Below, in pieces: positions 37,162-47,223 of a stretch of 64,000 nucleotides of DNA (its first letter is position 1; each line of letters starts with the position of its first letter). The DNA is taken from assembly GCA_946616295.1 (NCBI GenBank), contig CAMOIU010000001.1, forward strand, positions 17,748 to 81,747, written 5' to 3'. This stretch comes from an uncultured Lachnospiraceae bacterium (GTDB lineage Bacteria; Bacillota; Clostridia; Lachnospirales; Lachnospiraceae). The position numbers and the translations under genes were made by a program. The notes under the pieces were generated by a model that did no database searches, was not told the origin of the DNA, and was given only the letters and a program-made list of their open reading frames with translations.

Positions 37162-37197
37162 CACAGGGAACCGTCCCCTGTGAGAGCCCCCTGTGAG
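37162..37197 (-). repeat. REP-like palindrome with a CCCTGTGAGA echo
   Basis: CACAGGGAACCGTCCCCTGTGAGAGCCCCCTGTGAG. Confidence 0.8.
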
Positions 37198-37309
37198 AGC
37201 CTCCGCTTTTTGTTTTTGTAAAAAAAGATGCACAGGAACGCGTCACAGTGGTATAATATCGTTTGATATTTTTACAGCGCCCGCAAGTAGGTGTGGAAGG
37301 GAGCAGAAC

Positions 37310-38335
37310 ATGCAGAAGAAAGACATTGACTGGAGCAGCCTCGGGTTTGCGTACATGGTAACGGACAAGCGTTATGTCTCCTGGTACAAGAACGGAGCAT
37401 GGGATGAAGGCGCGCTGATCAGCGACGACAAGATCGTGATGAGTGAGGATGCCGGCGTCCTGCAGTATTCGCAGTCCGTTTTTGAAGGCCTTAAGGCTTA
37501 TACGACGGAAGACGGGCATATCGTATGCTTCCGCCCTGACCTGAATGCCTCCCGTATGGCGGAGAGCGCAAGGCGTCTGGAGATCCCGGTGTTCCCCGAG
37601 GAGCGTTTCATCGAGGCCGTCAAGCAGACCGTCAAGGCCAACGACGCATGGGTACCTCCGTACGGAACGGGTGCCTCCCTCTACATCCGTCCTTATACAT
37701 TCGGCATCAGCCCGGTCATCGGCGTGAAGCCTGCGGATGAGTATATGTTCCGCATCTTCGTGACGCCGGTGGGCCCTTACTTCAAGGGCGGCGCCAAGCC
37801 GATCACCGTCCGCATCAGTGATTTCGACCGCGCGGCCCCGAGAGGCACCGGCGACATCAAGGCGGGCCTCAACTACGCCATGAGCCTGCATGCCATCGTG
37901 GATGCGCATAACCAGGGCTTTGCCGAGAATATCTATCTGGATCCCGCGACCCGCACCAAGATCGAGGAGACCGGCGGCGCGAACATCCTGTTCGTGGACG
38001 AGGACGGCAACCTGGTCGTGCCCAAGTCCGGCAGCATCCTGCCCTCCATCACCCGCCGCAGCATCGTGCAGGTGGCCAAGGATTATCTCGGACTCAAGGT
38101 CACCGAGCGCGAGGTCCTGCTCAGCGAGGTGGAGAACTTCAAGGAGTGCGGTCTCTGCGGTACCGCGGCGGTCATCTCCCCGGTCGGCAAGATCAATGAT
38201 CACGGCAAGGAGATCTGCTTCTCCAGCGGTATGGAGAAGATGGGCCCGGTCATGCAGAAGCTGTATGACACTCTGACCGGCATCCAGATGGGCCATATCG
38301 AGGCCCCCGAAGGCTGGATCTGCGTCATCGAGTGA
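37310..38335 (+). CDS. ilvE: Branched-chain amino-acid aminotransferase
   Basis: LQYSQSVFEGLKAY, FRPDLNASRM, LYIRP, KAGLNYA, EETGGAN, ILPSITR, GTAAVISP. Confidence 0.93.
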   Translation: MQKKDIDWSSLGFAYMVTDKRYVSWYKNGAWDEGALISDDKIVMSEDAGVLQYSQSVFEGLKAYTTEDGHIVCFRPDLNASRMAESARRLEIPVFPEERFIEAVKQTVKANDAWVPPYGTGASLYIRPYTFGISPVIGVKPADEYMFRIFVTPVGPYFKGGAKPITVRISDFDRAAPRGTGDIKAGLNYAMSLHAIVDAHNQGFAENIYLDPATRTKIEETGGANILFVDEDGNLVVPKSGSILPSITRRSIVQVAKDYLGLKVTEREVLLSEVENFKECGLCGTAAVISPVGKINDHGKEICFSSGMEKMGPVMQKLYDTLTGIQMGHIEAPEGWICVIE

Positions 38336-38364
38336 CGGCGGCAGGCAGTTACAGATCGAACATG

Positions 38365-38400
38365 TCCCTGCTGCGGACGGATTCCGCGGCAGGGATTTTG
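38365..38400 (+). terminator. Intrinsic terminator after ilvE
   Basis: TCCCTGCTGCGGA/TCCGCGGCAGGGA stem plus TTTT. Confidence 0.7.
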
Positions 38401-38449
38401 ATAAAAAGACGCGGGAAGCGCCCCGCACAGCAAGAATGAGGTGCACCGA

Positions 38450-40219
38450 ATGAGTGAATCAGGGAAAAATACGCAGATGATGCTGGGCAACGCCGCCATC
38501 GCGCGCGGCGCCTGGGAGGCCGGCGTGAAGGTCGTCTCCTCCTATCCGGGAACCCCCAGCACCGAGATCAGTGAAGAAGTCGTAAAATATGACGAAGTCT
38601 ACGCTGAGTGGGCCCCCAATGAGAAGGTGGCCTCGGAAGTGGCGATCGGCGCGGCCATCAGCGGCGTGCGTGCCATGACCTGTATGAAGATGGTCGGCCT
38701 GAACGTGGCCTCAGACCCGCTGTATTCCATCTCTTACGCGGGCGTGAACGGCGGTCTCGTTTTCGTCGTCGCCGACGATCCGGGCCTCTACAGCTCCCAG
38801 AACGAGCAGGATACCAGACGTGTCGCCCGCGCGGCGGTGGTGCCCTGCATCGAGCCCTCGGACTCCCAGGAGGCCAAGGAGTTCGTCCGTCTGGCCTATG
38901 AAGTGTCTGAGCAGTTCGACCGTCCGGTGATCTACCGCACGACGACCAGGCTCGCCCACTCCCAGTGCGACGTGGAGCTTTGCGACCGCGTGGAGCCGGA
39001 GGACAGGCCTTACGAGCGCAACATCCAGAAGAACGTCATGATGCCCGCCATGGCGCAGAAGCGCCACATCGTCGTGGAGCAGAAGATGAACGAGCTGGCC
39101 GAGTGGGCCAACGACTGTCCTCTGAACCGCGTGGAGCCCGGCACCATGGTGCTGAACGGGAAGAAGATCGGTTTCATCACCGGCGGCATCCCCTATCAGT
39201 ATGTAAAGGAAGCATGTCCCGACGCGGCCGTGCTCAAGCTGGGCATGTGCAACCCGCTGCCCCGCCGTCTGATCGAAGAGTTCGCCAAGACCGTGGATGA
39301 GCTCTACATCTTCGAGGAGCTCGAGCCCGTGATCGAGGAGCAGGTCCGCGCATGGGGCATCCCCTGCATCGGCAAGGACCGTTTCACCATCCAGGGCGAG
39401 TACAGCGCCAACATGCTGCGCGAGCGTGTCCTGGGACAGAATCTGCAGCTGAAGGCAGCTGCCCAGGTCCCTCCGAGACCCCCGATCCTCTGCCCCGGCT
39501 GCCCGCACAGGGCGACTTTCTCCGTGATCTCCAAGCTCCGCCTGCACGCGGCCGGCGACATCGGCTGCTACACCTTGGGCGCGCTCGCACCGCTCAATGC
39601 GGTCGACACCACCATCTGCATGGGCTCCAGCATCAGCTCCCTGCACGGCATGGAGAAGGCCAAGGGACACGATTACGTGAAGAACTGGGTCGCGGTCATC
39701 GGCGATTCCACCTTCATGCACACGGGTATCAACTCCCTCATCAACATGTTCTACAATCAGTCCCACGCGACGGTGGTCATCCTTGACAACCGCACCACGG
39801 GCATGACCGGTCACCAGGACCACCCCGCCACCGGCAAGACCCTGAAGGGCGAGATCGTCCCCGCCGTCAACTTCCCCCAGCTGATCCGGGGCATCGGCAT
39901 CCAGAACGTCCAGGAAGTGGACGCCTTCGACGTCGAGAAGCTGACCAGGGTACTGAAAGAGGAGACCCAGAAGGACGAGCTCTCCGTGATCATCGCCGTG
40001 GCACCCTGCGCCCTGCTCAAGGGACAGACCCATCCCTACAAGGTGGAGCCCGTTCCGGAGAAATGCGTCAAGTGCGGCGCCTGCCTGCGCATCGGATGCC
40101 CCGCCCTCACCAAGGCGGAGGACGGCTCGATCCTGATCGACCGCACCATGTGCAACGGCTGCGGACTCTGCATGAGCCAGTGCCGCTTCAGCGCGCTCAA
40201 GAAAGTGGAGGGCAAGTGA
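38450..40219 (+). CDS. iorA: Indolepyruvate:ferredoxin oxidoreductase alpha subunit
   Basis: SSYPGTPSTE, WAPNEKVA, MKMVGLNVASD, CPGCPH, GDIGC, GDSTF..TG (TPP site), two C-terminal 4Fe-4S motifs. Confidence 0.93.
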   Translation: MSESGKNTQMMLGNAAIARGAWEAGVKVVSSYPGTPSTEISEEVVKYDEVYAEWAPNEKVASEVAIGAAISGVRAMTCMKMVGLNVASDPLYSISYAGVNGGLVFVVADDPGLYSSQNEQDTRRVARAAVVPCIEPSDSQEAKEFVRLAYEVSEQFDRPVIYRTTTRLAHSQCDVELCDRVEPEDRPYERNIQKNVMMPAMAQKRHIVVEQKMNELAEWANDCPLNRVEPGTMVLNGKKIGFITGGIPYQYVKEACPDAAVLKLGMCNPLPRRLIEEFAKTVDELYIFEELEPVIEEQVRAWGIPCIGKDRFTIQGEYSANMLRERVLGQNLQLKAAAQVPPRPPILCPGCPHRATFSVISKLRLHAAGDIGCYTLGALAPLNAVDTTICMGSSISSLHGMEKAKGHDYVKNWVAVIGDSTFMHTGINSLINMFYNQSHATVVILDNRTTGMTGHQDHPATGKTLKGEIVPAVNFPQLIRGIGIQNVQEVDAFDVEKLTRVLKEETQKDELSVIIAVAPCALLKGQTHPYKVEPVPEKCVKCGACLRIGCPALTKAEDGSILIDRTMCNGCGLCMSQCRFSALKKVEGK

Positions 40220-40220
40220 G

Positions 40221-40787
40221 ATGACCAAAAGTATCATGATCGTAGGCGTCGGCGGACAGGGAACGCTCCTGACCAGCCGTATTCTCGGCGGCGTCATGGA
40301 GAACGCCGGTTATAAGGTGAAGGTTTCGGAAGTCCACGGCATGGCCCAGCGCGGCGGCAGCGTCGTGACCTTCGTACGCTACGGCGACACGGTGGCGGAG
40401 CCCATCGTGGAAGAGGGCCAGGCGGATGTCCTGATCGCCTTCGAGCGCCTTGAGGCTATGCGTTACGCCCACTTCCTGAAGGCGGACGGTGTCCTGATCG
40501 TCAACGACTGGCGCATCGACCCCATCGGCGTCGTGACCGGGGCCATGAAGTATCCGGCCCACATCATCGAAGATCTGGAGCAGCAGTACCGCGTCTACCG
40601 CGTGGATGCCATGCAGGAAGCCCTCAAGCTGGGCAACTCCCGCGTCTTCAACAACGTCGTGCTCGGCCTCGCCGCCCGGCACATGGACTTCACCCGCGAA
40701 GAATGGCTCAAGGTCATCGCGGAGAAGGTTCCCCCGAAGACCGTCGAGATCAACACCAAGGCCTTCCTGGCCGGCTATGAGCTGTAA
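40221..40787 (+). CDS. iorB: Indolepyruvate:ferredoxin oxidoreductase beta subunit
   Basis: VGVGGQG, SEVHGMAQRGGSV, N.KAF..GY. Confidence 0.93.
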   Translation: MTKSIMIVGVGGQGTLLTSRILGGVMENAGYKVKVSEVHGMAQRGGSVVTFVRYGDTVAEPIVEEGQADVLIAFERLEAMRYAHFLKADGVLIVNDWRIDPIGVVTGAMKYPAHIIEDLEQQYRVYRVDAMQEALKLGNSRVFNNVVLGLAARHMDFTREEWLKVIAEKVPPKTVEINTKAFLAGYEL

Positions 40788-40878
40788 GGGCCGCACATGA
40801 GAGATGTACGTCGTCAGTCTGCCGCGGAGGCAGGCTGGCGACGACTGCGTACAGTCAGCATATAATAAAGGATAAGGT

Positions 40879-41844
40879 ATGAAATACGAGAAGCTTCCCA
40901 TCGACGAGAGCTTTTATCAGGAAGAGGTCCGCAGCGGCTACACAGTCTCCGCGGGCATGAAGAAAGTCTGGGCCGTGGAACTGGACCTGCTCTACCAGCT
41001 GCAGCAGATGTGCGACCGCCACGGACTGAAGTTCTATGCTTCCGGCGGCACCATGCTGGGCGCCATGCGTCACGGCGGCATGATCCCCTGGGACGACGAC
41101 ATCGATCTGATGATGATGCGCGAGGACTACGAGAAGTTGTGCAGTCTCGCGGACGAGTTCGAGGAGCCCTACCGCCTCCAGTTCGGCGGCAACACGGAGG
41201 GCTATTTCCACGGCCACGCCCAGCTGCGCAACACCCGGACCACGGCGGTGGTCAAGGTGGAGATGCCCATGCACCATCCCTTCAACCAGGGGATCTTCAT
41301 CGATATCTTCCCCCTGGATCACGTGACGCCGGACAAGAAGCTCCGTCACAAACAGGCCGTCCGGATCGACCGCCTTCGCGATATGGCCAAAAAGCTCTAC
41401 CGCACCACCCGCGGTTTCCGCGCGGACGAGGCCTCCAAACTCCGGAAGGCGGCCCATATGGTGATGCCTGCGGTCAACCGCGTGATCAGCTATGACCGCC
41501 TGTACGCAATGATGGAGGCGGAGGCGCAGCGCTACAACGACGTGCCCACCGAGTACGTCGGCAAGCTCACCTACTCCCCCTTCAACGTCAAGCTGTACGA
41601 TCTGGTGTCCGAGTTCGAGGACACCCTGCTGACACCCTTCGAGATGATGCAGATCCCGGTCCCGAAGGGCTGGGAGAAGCACCTCCGCAGGCAGTTCGGC
41701 AACTGGCGGGAATTCGTCATCGGGACCAGCGACCACGGCGGGGTCTATTTTGACCCGGACACGCCCTACGACATCTGGATCGAGCGGTACGAGAAGGAAC
41801 ATGTGGCCACCGGCATCCATACGGAGGCGGCGGAGAAGAAGTGA
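40879..41844 (+). CDS. LicD-family phosphotransferase
   Basis: GGTMLGAMRHGGMIPWDDDIDL, GIFIDIFPLD, FE...IPVP. Confidence 0.9.
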   Translation: MKYEKLPIDESFYQEEVRSGYTVSAGMKKVWAVELDLLYQLQQMCDRHGLKFYASGGTMLGAMRHGGMIPWDDDIDLMMMREDYEKLCSLADEFEEPYRLQFGGNTEGYFHGHAQLRNTRTTAVVKVEMPMHHPFNQGIFIDIFPLDHVTPDKKLRHKQAVRIDRLRDMAKKLYRTTRGFRADEASKLRKAAHMVMPAVNRVISYDRLYAMMEAEAQRYNDVPTEYVGKLTYSPFNVKLYDLVSEFEDTLLTPFEMMQIPVPKGWEKHLRRQFGNWREFVIGTSDHGGVYFDPDTPYDIWIERYEKEHVATGIHTEAAEKK

Positions 41845-41890
41845 GCTGCTTCTCCTGACGCAGCGGACAACTGAACAGAACATGCACATG

Positions 41891-41921
41891 AAAAGAGCGT
41901 CGCGTGAGCGGCGCTTTTTTT
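41891..41921 (+). terminator. Intrinsic terminator after licD
   Basis: AAAAGAGCGTCGC-GTGA-GCGGCGCTTTTTTT. Confidence 0.8.
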
Positions 41922-42039
41922 GTGTGGGTGGGGGACTTTGCCTGCGGCGCGAGAGGGCAGGGGAGAGGGGGCGCGGAAGGGCATGGTTATCATCCCGATC
42001 ACATAGGTTCTGCATGCGTAACAAATTCTTAATATTTTG

Positions 42040-42068
42040 TTGACGCGCGCAAAGCGATGTACTAGAAT
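42040..42068 (+). promoter_or_regulatory. Promoter of the polysaccharide locus
   Basis: TTGACG, 17 bp, TAGAAT. Confidence 0.65.
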
Positions 42069-42252
42069 TAGCACATAAGGAACAATACGGTTCCTAATGA
42101 AATGTTATGGGTCCTAAAACCTGAAAGATAATGGTATTCATTGCTGACAATAAATGTCCTGATAAACAAGAGATATATTAGCACTTTGAAAGAAAAACAG
42201 ATGTTGGACCATGATAGCACAGGGGCTGAACTGCCGCTAAAGGATATCGTAA

Positions 42253-43056
42253 ATGAATGACAGGTTACTGCATCGAGAAGCAAACGCAGATAATGATATT
42301 ACACTTGGGAGTATGATTATGCTCCTTTTAGTCAGATTCCATTGGCTTCTTCTTGCCGGATTGAGCTGTGGACTGGCGGTCTTTTTTATTACGTCATATC
42401 TGTTGACTGCTACTTACGAATCGCGTGTAAGTTTCTATGTATATAATTCTTCCGACAGTGCTCTCAGCACGGGAACGATTAATAATAACGATCTTCAAGC
42501 CGCAGAAAGCCTTGCGACAACTTATTCAAAAATACTGGTCAGCAATTCCGTGCTTGATGCGATTCTTGAAGACCTTGAGGATGATCGGGGAATAACAAGA
42601 AAAGACCTCAGCAGGATGACCAAGGCGGCTGTTGTAGATGATACACAGCTTCTGGAAGTGATTATCACCTCCCCTGACCCGCAGTTTGCCTGCGATGTGG
42701 CCAATTCCTTTGTCAATGTTGTTCCTACGGAAATTGTACGTATAACGAAAGCCGGAGGGGTGGAGGTCGTCGATCGCCCCGAGCTTGCGACAGAAAAATC
42801 CTCTCCGAGGACAATATTTGACACGGTGATCGGCGTCCTGATAGGAATTGTGGTTTCAGCGATCATTATCTTAGCAAGAGCGGTGTCAGACAGGACGATT
42901 TATCTGCCCGAAGATATTCAGAATCATTATTCCGTGACGATTCTGGGGCAGATTCCCAGAATAGAGTATTCCGATAAAACTAAAAGTGACTGGAGCCTGA
43001 TGAAAGGAGGAGAATTCCGGTTTGCTGATGATAAGGAAGAGACGCCCGAAACTTGA
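42253..43056 (+). CDS. Polysaccharide chain-length determinant (CpsC/YveK/Wzz-like)
   Basis: Two TM helices; TYES.VSFYV, TYSKILVSNSVL, VVDRPE...KSSP. Confidence 0.88.
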   Translation: MNDRLLHREANADNDITLGSMIMLLLVRFHWLLLAGLSCGLAVFFITSYLLTATYESRVSFYVYNSSDSALSTGTINNNDLQAAESLATTYSKILVSNSVLDAILEDLEDDRGITRKDLSRMTKAAVVDDTQLLEVIITSPDPQFACDVANSFVNVVPTEIVRITKAGGVEVVDRPELATEKSSPRTIFDTVIGVLIGIVVSAIIILARAVSDRTIYLPEDIQNHYSVTILGQIPRIEYSDKTKSDWSLMKGGEFRFADDKEETPET

Positions 43057-43801
43057 AGCGGACAATCATGCAAAGGACAATGTCCGTTTGCTGGATAACG
43101 ACACTCCGTTTGCGGTGAAAGAGGCCTATGTAAAACTGAGAACGAATCTGATGTTCTGCATGACAGCTGATAAGCAGCGTCAATGCAGGTCCTTTGCGGT
43201 CACCAGTGCTATGCCTTCGGAGGGAAAGAGCCTTTCGGCTGCCAACATCGCCATTAGTTTTGCCATGCTCGGGAAGAAGACGCTTCTTGTCGATGCAGAT
43301 ATGAGAAAACCTGCCCAGAGAGCAATCTGGAGAACGAATATTTCTAAAGGTATCTGTGATTATCTCGCCAATCTTGGACCATTAAGAACGTATAATGTAA
43401 AAACCATTCCGCTGACATTAATATTTACAGGAACAATACCGCCGAATCCGTCAGAATTGCTGGCTTCCGGAGGCATGAAGAAATTTATGGAAAAAAGCGC
43501 GGAAATCTATGACTACGTGATCATAGATACTCCGCCCATTAACACGGTTGCAGACGCGCAGATTATCTCGACATATGTGGACGGAATAGTCTTGATCGCC
43601 AGATCAGGGAGTACGACATCAGACGAGCTGAGTGCAGCTATCGAGTCGATTCAGCGGGCAGACGGAAACTTATGCGGTGTCGTGTTGAACGATATGAATA
43701 TGAAAAGCATGAGATACTCCTACCGATACAGGTACGGAGACAAGTATGGCTATAAATACGGTTACACCAGATATGGAGGGAAGAGTGAATCGGCCGAGTA
43801 A
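43022..43801 (+). CDS. BY-kinase (CpsD/CapB-type tyrosine kinase)
   Basis: EAYVKLRTNL, TSAMPSEGKS, LVDADMRKP, IIDTPP, Tyr-rich tail YSYRYRYGDKYGYKYGY. Confidence 0.93.
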   Translation: MLMIRKRRPKLEADNHAKDNVRLLDNDTPFAVKEAYVKLRTNLMFCMTADKQRQCRSFAVTSAMPSEGKSLSAANIAISFAMLGKKTLLVDADMRKPAQRAIWRTNISKGICDYLANLGPLRTYNVKTIPLTLIFTGTIPPNPSELLASGGMKKFMEKSAEIYDYVIIDTPPINTVADAQIISTYVDGIVLIARSGSTTSDELSAAIESIQRADGNLCGVVLNDMNMKSMRYSYRYRYGDKYGYKYGYTRYGGKSESAE

Positions 43802-44441
43802 TACTATCGACCTGACACTGGATTATCACGCCCATATTCTTCCCGGCTGTGACCATGGAAGCGATGGGATTGAAACATCGTTGAAGCAGATCCTCATGGC
43901 AAAAGAAGCGGGGATCAAAACTATTTGTGCGACGCCTCATTTCTATCCCCACGAGGAAGGAATCAGGTCTTTTCTTACAAGACGACAGGAGACTTTTCAG
44001 CTTCTAAAGTCACATCTGAAGCAGGGCGATCCTCAGATAAAGCTGAGTGCTGAGGTCTTGATCTGCCAGGGAATGGAACACATGGAGGGACTTCGCGATC
44101 TATGCCGTGAAGGGACACAGGAACTGCTTCTTGAACTCCCTTTTTACAGGTGGCCGGACACAGTCTGGGAGACGATTTACGCATTGAACGAGCGTGGGGA
44201 CATTCGGATTGTGATCGCTCATGCGGACCGTTATCCTGCAGCGAACATTGAACAATTGATCAGGGATGGATTTCCACTTCAGCTGAATGTTTCAGCACTC
44301 ATGAATCCATTTAGGAGGGGACGCTACATCCGCTGGATCAAAGAAGGCCATGCTGTTTTCCTGGGAAGCGATATTCATATGTTAGGCAGCGGATATCAGG
44401 AATGGATGAAGTGCAGAAGAATACTACAGAAAAGCAGATAG
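43785..44441 (+). CDS. CpsB/CapC-type PHP tyrosine phosphatase
   Basis: DYHAHILPGCDHGS, ATPHF, AHADRY, LGSDIH; GTG 43785 after GGAGGG. Confidence 0.88.
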   Translation: MNRPSNTIDLTLDYHAHILPGCDHGSDGIETSLKQILMAKEAGIKTICATPHFYPHEEGIRSFLTRRQETFQLLKSHLKQGDPQIKLSAEVLICQGMEHMEGLRDLCREGTQELLLELPFYRWPDTVWETIYALNERGDIRIVIAHADRYPAANIEQLIRDGFPLQLNVSALMNPFRRGRYIRWIKEGHAVFLGSDIHMLGSGYQEWMKCRRILQKSR

Positions 44442-45229
44442 ACAGAAGCAATGATAGTATCCCAAAGATTCCTGTGGTATCTGTCATCATGCCTGCCTAT
44501 AATTCGGAAACGGTTATTAAAGAAGCCATCGAGTCTGTGCTCGCCCAGACATTTTCTGACTGGGAGCTTCTGATCCTGGACGATCACTCTGCAGATCGAA
44601 CCGGAGAGATCGCGCGATATTATGAGGGGCAGGATACTCGGATCCATTACATCAGCAGTCAGAAGAATGTCGGCACTGCAAGGATAAGGAACCATGGTAT
44701 CAGCCTGGCACAGGGAGATTGGATTGCGCTATTGGACAGCGATGACCGATGGCACAGGGAGAAGCTGGAAAAACAGTTGGATCTGGCACAAAGGACAGAA
44801 GCATCCATAGTCTATACCTCTTATTTGCTGTTTGAAAGTGACCAGTATCAGCAGACAGCTTATCTGGTTCCCGAAACAACCGACTATGAGCAGATGCTGT
44901 TAGAGAATGTGATCGGATGTTCAACGGCTATGATCCGCCGTTCTGTCTTCGAGGAGCATAGGTTTTCCACAGAGGTGAGTCATGAAGACTACGCCCTGTG
45001 GCTGGAGCTTCTGAAGGCCGGGTTTAAGGCTTGTGGATGTAGAGAGATCCTGGTTGACTGGCGTATATCTGATCAGTCAAGATCCTATGACAAACGAAAA
45101 TCTGCCATGGATCGATGGTACATCTATCGCAGGATCGAAAAGCTGCCGCTGGGAAAATCCATCTATTCTTTTTTTTGCTATGCCAGGAATGGAGTAAAGA
45201 AATATAAGAGGCTGAAATTTGGAGGATAA
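44402..45229 (+). CDS. GT2 glycosyltransferase (TuaG-like)
   Basis: VSVIMPAYN, LDDHSAD, RN.GI..AQGDWIALLDSDD, EDYALW. Confidence 0.9.
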   Translation: MDEVQKNTTEKQIDRSNDSIPKIPVVSVIMPAYNSETVIKEAIESVLAQTFSDWELLILDDHSADRTGEIARYYEGQDTRIHYISSQKNVGTARIRNHGISLAQGDWIALLDSDDRWHREKLEKQLDLAQRTEASIVYTSYLLFESDQYQQTAYLVPETTDYEQMLLENVIGCSTAMIRRSVFEEHRFSTEVSHEDYALWLELLKAGFKACGCREILVDWRISDQSRSYDKRKSAMDRWYIYRRIEKLPLGKSIYSFFCYARNGVKKYKRLKFGG

Positions 45230-46091
45230 GAAAACGGATATCCAGAGGAAACAGCATCAGGCAGTGCTCTTTTCGATGCTGAAGGACCTGGATCGCGTAT
45301 GTAGGAAACACCATATCCATTATATGCTGTTTTCGGGGACGGCGCTCGGGGCTGTTCGGCATGGCGGATTCATTCCCTGGGACGATGATCTTGATATTGT
45401 ACTGCTTCGCAGGGAATATGAACGCTTGTTGGATTCCGCCGAAAAGGAACTGGACAGTGATAAGTACTATGTGCAGAGGGAATTCGGACCGCACTGGCCA
45501 ATGATGTTTTCCAAACTCCGTCTCAACAACACGACTTGTATAGAGAAATATCACGCTAAGGATGAAAGGATGCACCAGGGAGTGTATATCGACATTTTCC
45601 CCTGCGATAACCTTTCGGATCATGCATGCATAAGGAAAATGCAGTTTCTTGCGTCCAAGATCGTGATCGCAAAAGCACTGTATGCCAGGGGGTACGCTAC
45701 GGACAGCCTGGTTAAGAAAGGCTTCATGCAGCTATGTCGTTTAGTCCCCGGCAAGTGGTTATGGGAGTTTTGTGTTCGGAAAGAGGATTGCGGTTCCGAG
45801 ATGGTGCATACCTTTTTCGGAGGCGGGAGCAAGTACAACAAAAATGTGTTTCCACGGAAATGGTTTGAAGAAACGATAGAGATGACCTTTGAGGACGGGT
45901 CATTTCCGGTTCCTGAACACTATGATGAACTCTTGAAAAAACTGTATGGAGATTATATGGAACTTCCACCTCCTTCACAGAGGAAATGCAAGGAGCACGT
46001 AGCAATATTGGATCTGACACGCAGTTACAGGGAACATCTTGAGGAACAGAAGATAATGAACATCAACACGTATACAAGGAGTATCAGATAG
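45219..46091 (+). CDS. LicD-family phosphotransferase (second copy)
   Basis: GTALGAVRHGGFIPWDDDLDI, GVYIDIFPCD, FEDGSFPVP..YD..L..LYGDYM. Confidence 0.92.
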   Translation: MEDKKTDIQRKQHQAVLFSMLKDLDRVCRKHHIHYMLFSGTALGAVRHGGFIPWDDDLDIVLLRREYERLLDSAEKELDSDKYYVQREFGPHWPMMFSKLRLNNTTCIEKYHAKDERMHQGVYIDIFPCDNLSDHACIRKMQFLASKIVIAKALYARGYATDSLVKKGFMQLCRLVPGKWLWEFCVRKEDCGSEMVHTFFGGGSKYNKNVFPRKWFEETIEMTFEDGSFPVPEHYDELLKKLYGDYMELPPPSQRKCKEHVAILDLTRSYREHLEEQKIMNINTYTRSIR

Positions 46092-46137
46092 TTCAAAAAC
46101 TCGATTTGTACCATAGAAAAAAGGAAGGGAGTTATGT

Positions 46138-46647
46138 ATGGAACAGACATCCAACAGGCAGACTGATATTCAGAAATGGGCCATTGCAGGAATCGTACTT
46201 GTCGCGGCAATCGCTGTTTTCATACTGTCGAGGGGACAGAGCACAGCTGCTCCGGAACCGGAGAATAAAAAAACAACACTGGCAGACGCAGGCGGGGTGA
46301 TCGAGACGCCTGTTGGACAACTGACATTTCCTGAGGAATGGGCCGATTCCGTACATGTGGAAGAAACACAGGGAGAGGCATATTCCGCAGAAATCTACGC
46401 CTATTCTGACGATGAGGATGTTCTTCTGTTCAGGCTTCTCATCGGTGGAGAAGGGAACGGCTACCTGCTCGGATATGTACCTAATGAGAAGGGTGACAGA
46501 GAGTCTGTCTGGCTTGATATTAGCGCGATTGAAGACAACGAATCCCGGAGTGCAGAAGAGTCACAGCGACTCAATACAATACAGGGATGCGTGAATGACC
46601 TGATCGAACAGATCAGGGAAATGGAAGGCTTTTCGGAAAGTGAGTAA
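46138..46647 (+). CDS. Hypothetical membrane-anchored acidic protein
   Basis: A single N-terminal TM helix; GGGAG RBS. Confidence 0.7.
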   Translation: MEQTSNRQTDIQKWAIAGIVLVAAIAVFILSRGQSTAAPEPENKKTTLADAGGVIETPVGQLTFPEEWADSVHVEETQGEAYSAEIYAYSDDEDVLLFRLLIGGEGNGYLLGYVPNEKGDRESVWLDISAIEDNESRSAEESQRLNTIQGCVNDLIEQIREMEGFSESE

Positions 46648-46653
46648 AAAGGC

Positions 46654-47190
46654 ATGTCCAGTCTGATACGACGAAAGCTAGGTGCCCTGCTGTATTATTC
46701 TATCGGAATACATATGCCGCCTTCCTGGAGCGGGGTGCATATTGGTCAGACCGCTTTCAGGGGCTTATGCGGAAAGCTGATGCTCGCAGACTGCGGAAGA
46801 AACGTGAACATCGAAAAAGGAGCCATATTCTCTCCTAAGGCCACTTTGGGCGATGCTTCGGGAATAGGGATCAATGCCAAGATCTATGGCGAGTGTCATA
46901 TAGGGAACAAAGTCATGATGGGGAATGATGTGACCATTATCACCAGGAACCATAAGATCGACCGCACGGATATTCCCATGATGGAGCAGGGGTTCGAAGA
47001 GGAGAGACCCGTCTATATCGGGGATGATGTCTGGATCGGTGACAGAGTGATCATTCTGTCTGGAGTCCATATCGGAAATGGGTCTGTAATTGGCGCAGGC
47101 TCCGTAGTGACAACGGATATTCCGGATTATTCTGTGGCGGTCGGGGTTCCTGCGAAAGTCATTCGCAGCAGGAAAGAGCCGCAGTATTGA
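46654..47190 (+). CDS. Hexapeptide-repeat O-acetyltransferase
   Basis: IGDDVWIGDRVIILSGVHIGNGSVIGAGSVV...VGVPAKVI. Confidence 0.9.
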   Translation: MSSLIRRKLGALLYYSIGIHMPPSWSGVHIGQTAFRGLCGKLMLADCGRNVNIEKGAIFSPKATLGDASGIGINAKIYGECHIGNKVMMGNDVTIITRNHKIDRTDIPMMEQGFEEERPVYIGDDVWIGDRVIILSGVHIGNGSVIGAGSVVTTDIPDYSVAVGVPAKVIRSRKEPQY

Positions 47191-47223
47191 AGAGGTAAGA
47201 AGGCCGGCAGGAGGACACTAGTT

